From Patescibacteria group bacterium (GTDB lineage Bacteria; Patescibacteriota; Patescibacteriia; 2-01-FULL-39-33), in NCBI GenBank assembly GCA_041662745.1, contig JBAZRV010000002.1, positions 150,001 through 182,000 of the forward strand: 32,000 bases of DNA, read 5' to 3'. Shown here in pieces: positions 30,703 through 32,000 of the stretch; positions within the stretch are counted from its first letter, which is position 1, and each line of letters opens with the position of its first letter. Below the pieces are notes generated by a model. The model saw nothing but the letters and a program-made list of their open reading frames with translations. It was not told where the DNA came from and ran no database searches. The translations under genes were made by a program, and so were the position numbers.

Positions 30703-30731
30703 AACACACTCAGTCAAATGAGTGTGTTTTT
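30703..30731. terminator. Bidirectional rho-independent terminator between convergent genes
   Basis: acacactca-gtcaaa-tgagtgtgt, flanked by an A-run upstream and a T-run downstream. Confidence 0.8.
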
Positions 30732-30776
30732 TGTTTGCGTATATTTTTTGTCGTTTTTGGCTCAGGAACATAGGAT

Positions 30777-32000
30777 TTAGAAGTCCCAATCAATCTGGTA
30801 AATTTTGCCGTCAAACAACACCCAGAATTTTTTGTCTTTGGCTGAACCGACAAAGGAGGCGCCGGTCGTGATGAACGGTCCGGTATACTGGCGTTTTAAA
30901 ATGTTTTTATCGTCTAAGATTACTAATCGTCCGACGGTCGCATCCAATAAATATTGCCAAGCGCCATCTTTGGCTGACTGGCTGATGGTGGAGGAGGCGA
31001 TGGGCGGCTCCAGGGTCAAGGATTTCAAATCCAGCTTAATATTAAAGTAATCTTTGCTTGGCTTGAATTTTACGGCTGACATGTTGGATAATGTCAGCTT
31101 GTAAATTGAATTATCGCCGTTAACGACAGCCAGGGTTTTATCATCAATCGCCGTCAGCTTCTTGGCGTTAGAAATAGTGGAAGTGGCCGTGGTCCATTGC
31201 CAGGTGGCGGAGTCCAAACGATAAAATTTGGCGTCGCTATTGTTGAATACCCAAAAGTATTTGCCGGTTTTGGCCAAGCCGGCAATATCAGCCGAAGAAT
31301 TGCTGAGTTTTAAATCAATTACCGGTTTTAAGTCGGTCAGATTGGTTTCTTTTCCTAAGGCGCGTCGGACGTCGTCAATTTTTTGTTTTAGGTCATTTAT
31401 CGTGGCTTGGTTTGACCGTTTGACGGGGATTGTTTTCAGCAGTTCTTCAGCTTGAGCCAGGGAGGCGTAGGCGCCTTTTTCGTCATTAAAGATATTTTGC
31501 GCCTCGGCGTTATCCACCAAGCCCTGTATTTGATTGCCGATTTTGCCGATCGGCGAAGTTTGAGGCGAGTTTAATTCCGAGGATCTGCCAATCCAGACTA
31601 CGCTTTGGCTGAAAATTAATAATAAGACCAGGGCGGCGATAAGCGATCCTTTTTGCCAGATATTCAAACTAAGGAAGTTTTTGATCAAGTCGTTGATTCG
31701 CCCGTTGATTTTTTGCGCCAACCAGCCCGAACTGAATCTTTCTTGCCAGTTAAGCAATGATTTGGGACGCGGTTGCTCTATCGCGTCTTGCGCCACTTCG
31801 CTTTGCATCGGTTCCGGCGCCGACATGAATTCGTCAGTCGTCAATTCTTCGTTCAGTATTTCTTCTTGGGTCGGCCGTTTTGATTCTATATTATTGATGA
31901 TGCGCTTGGCCTTGGCGGCGCGTCCGGCGATGATTTTATTGGCTAATAAGTTATAGCCGGCATGAAGCTTTCTTCCCAGCCAGACCAGGGTAACATTGAG
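30777..32000 (-). CDS. Hypothetical membrane-anchored protein, probably 5'-truncated by the window end
   Basis: The ORF-track start (TTG 31844) is arbitrary. By my codon walk the same frame stays open to position 32000 (..LNVTLVWLGRKLHAGYNLLANKIIAGRAAKAKRIINNIESKRPTQEEILNEEL-TTDEF..). One TM (GSLIAALVLLLIF), then a beta-rich extracytoplasmic region. Confidence 0.6.
   Translation of the reverse strand, partial: LNVTLVWLGRKLHAGYNLLANKIIAGRAAKAKRIINNIESKRPTQEEILNEELTTDEFMSAPEPMQSEVAQDAIEQPRPKSLLNWQERFSSGWLAQKINGRINDLIKNFLSLNIWQKGSLIAALVLLLIFSQSVVWIGRSSELNSPQTSPIGKIGNQIQGLVDNAEAQNIFNDEKGAYASLAQAEELLKTIPVKRSNQATINDLKQKIDDVRRALGKETNLTDLKPVIDLKLSNSSADIAGLAKTGKYFWVFNNSDAKFYRLDSATWQWTTATSTISNAKKLTAIDDKTLAVVNGDNSIYKLTLSNMSAVKFKPSKDYFNIKLDLKSLTLEPPIASSTISQSAKDGAWQYLLDATVGRLVILDDKNILKRQYTGPFITTGASFVGSAKDKKFWVLFDGKIYQIDWDF

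Overview
The window resembles a small-genome, moderately AT-rich bacterial chromosome segment; the gene content suggests Candidate Phyla Radiation / Patescibacteria, which is inference only. Housekeeping genes are murA, metG, rsmI, rplJ-rplL, tatD, cvpA, a HIT protein, tRNA-Ala and tRNA-Val, plus a cell-envelope glycosylation cluster (GtrA, UXS-like epimerase, two GT2 genes, DUF2304). Two accessory modules stand out. (1) A complete diversity-generating retroelement (DGR) lies at ~10.2-13.6 kb. It has two tandem paralogous target genes with 122-nt C-terminal variable regions (VR1, VR2), each followed by an identical hairpin. It also has a 122-nt template repeat (TR) with 31 adenines, an Avd-like four-helix-bundle gene on the opposite strand overlapping the TR 3' end, and a DGR-type reverse transcriptase preceded by a G10 tract. 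All 15 TR/VR2 differences and 23 of 26 TR/VR1 differences fall on TR adenines. (2) A large serine recombinase gene abuts the 3' end of tRNA-Val. It sits in a chain of perfect inverted repeats (100 bp and 95 bp) joined at the heptamer TCCACCA, with a palindrome-bracketed, circularly permuted copy of the joined repeat ends in the middle. Lesser observations: a promoter cassette with a DnaA-box-like 9-mer shared by the DGR target operon and a GC-richer DEAH helicase gene; a dCMP-deaminase plus pseudo-receiver gene pair; a hairpin repeat inserted in frame in the RT; an AT-rich ORF between GT2 and DUF2304; and a decayed intergenic region. No CRISPR array or rRNA was seen. All family calls come from motif recognition by eye, with no searches run.
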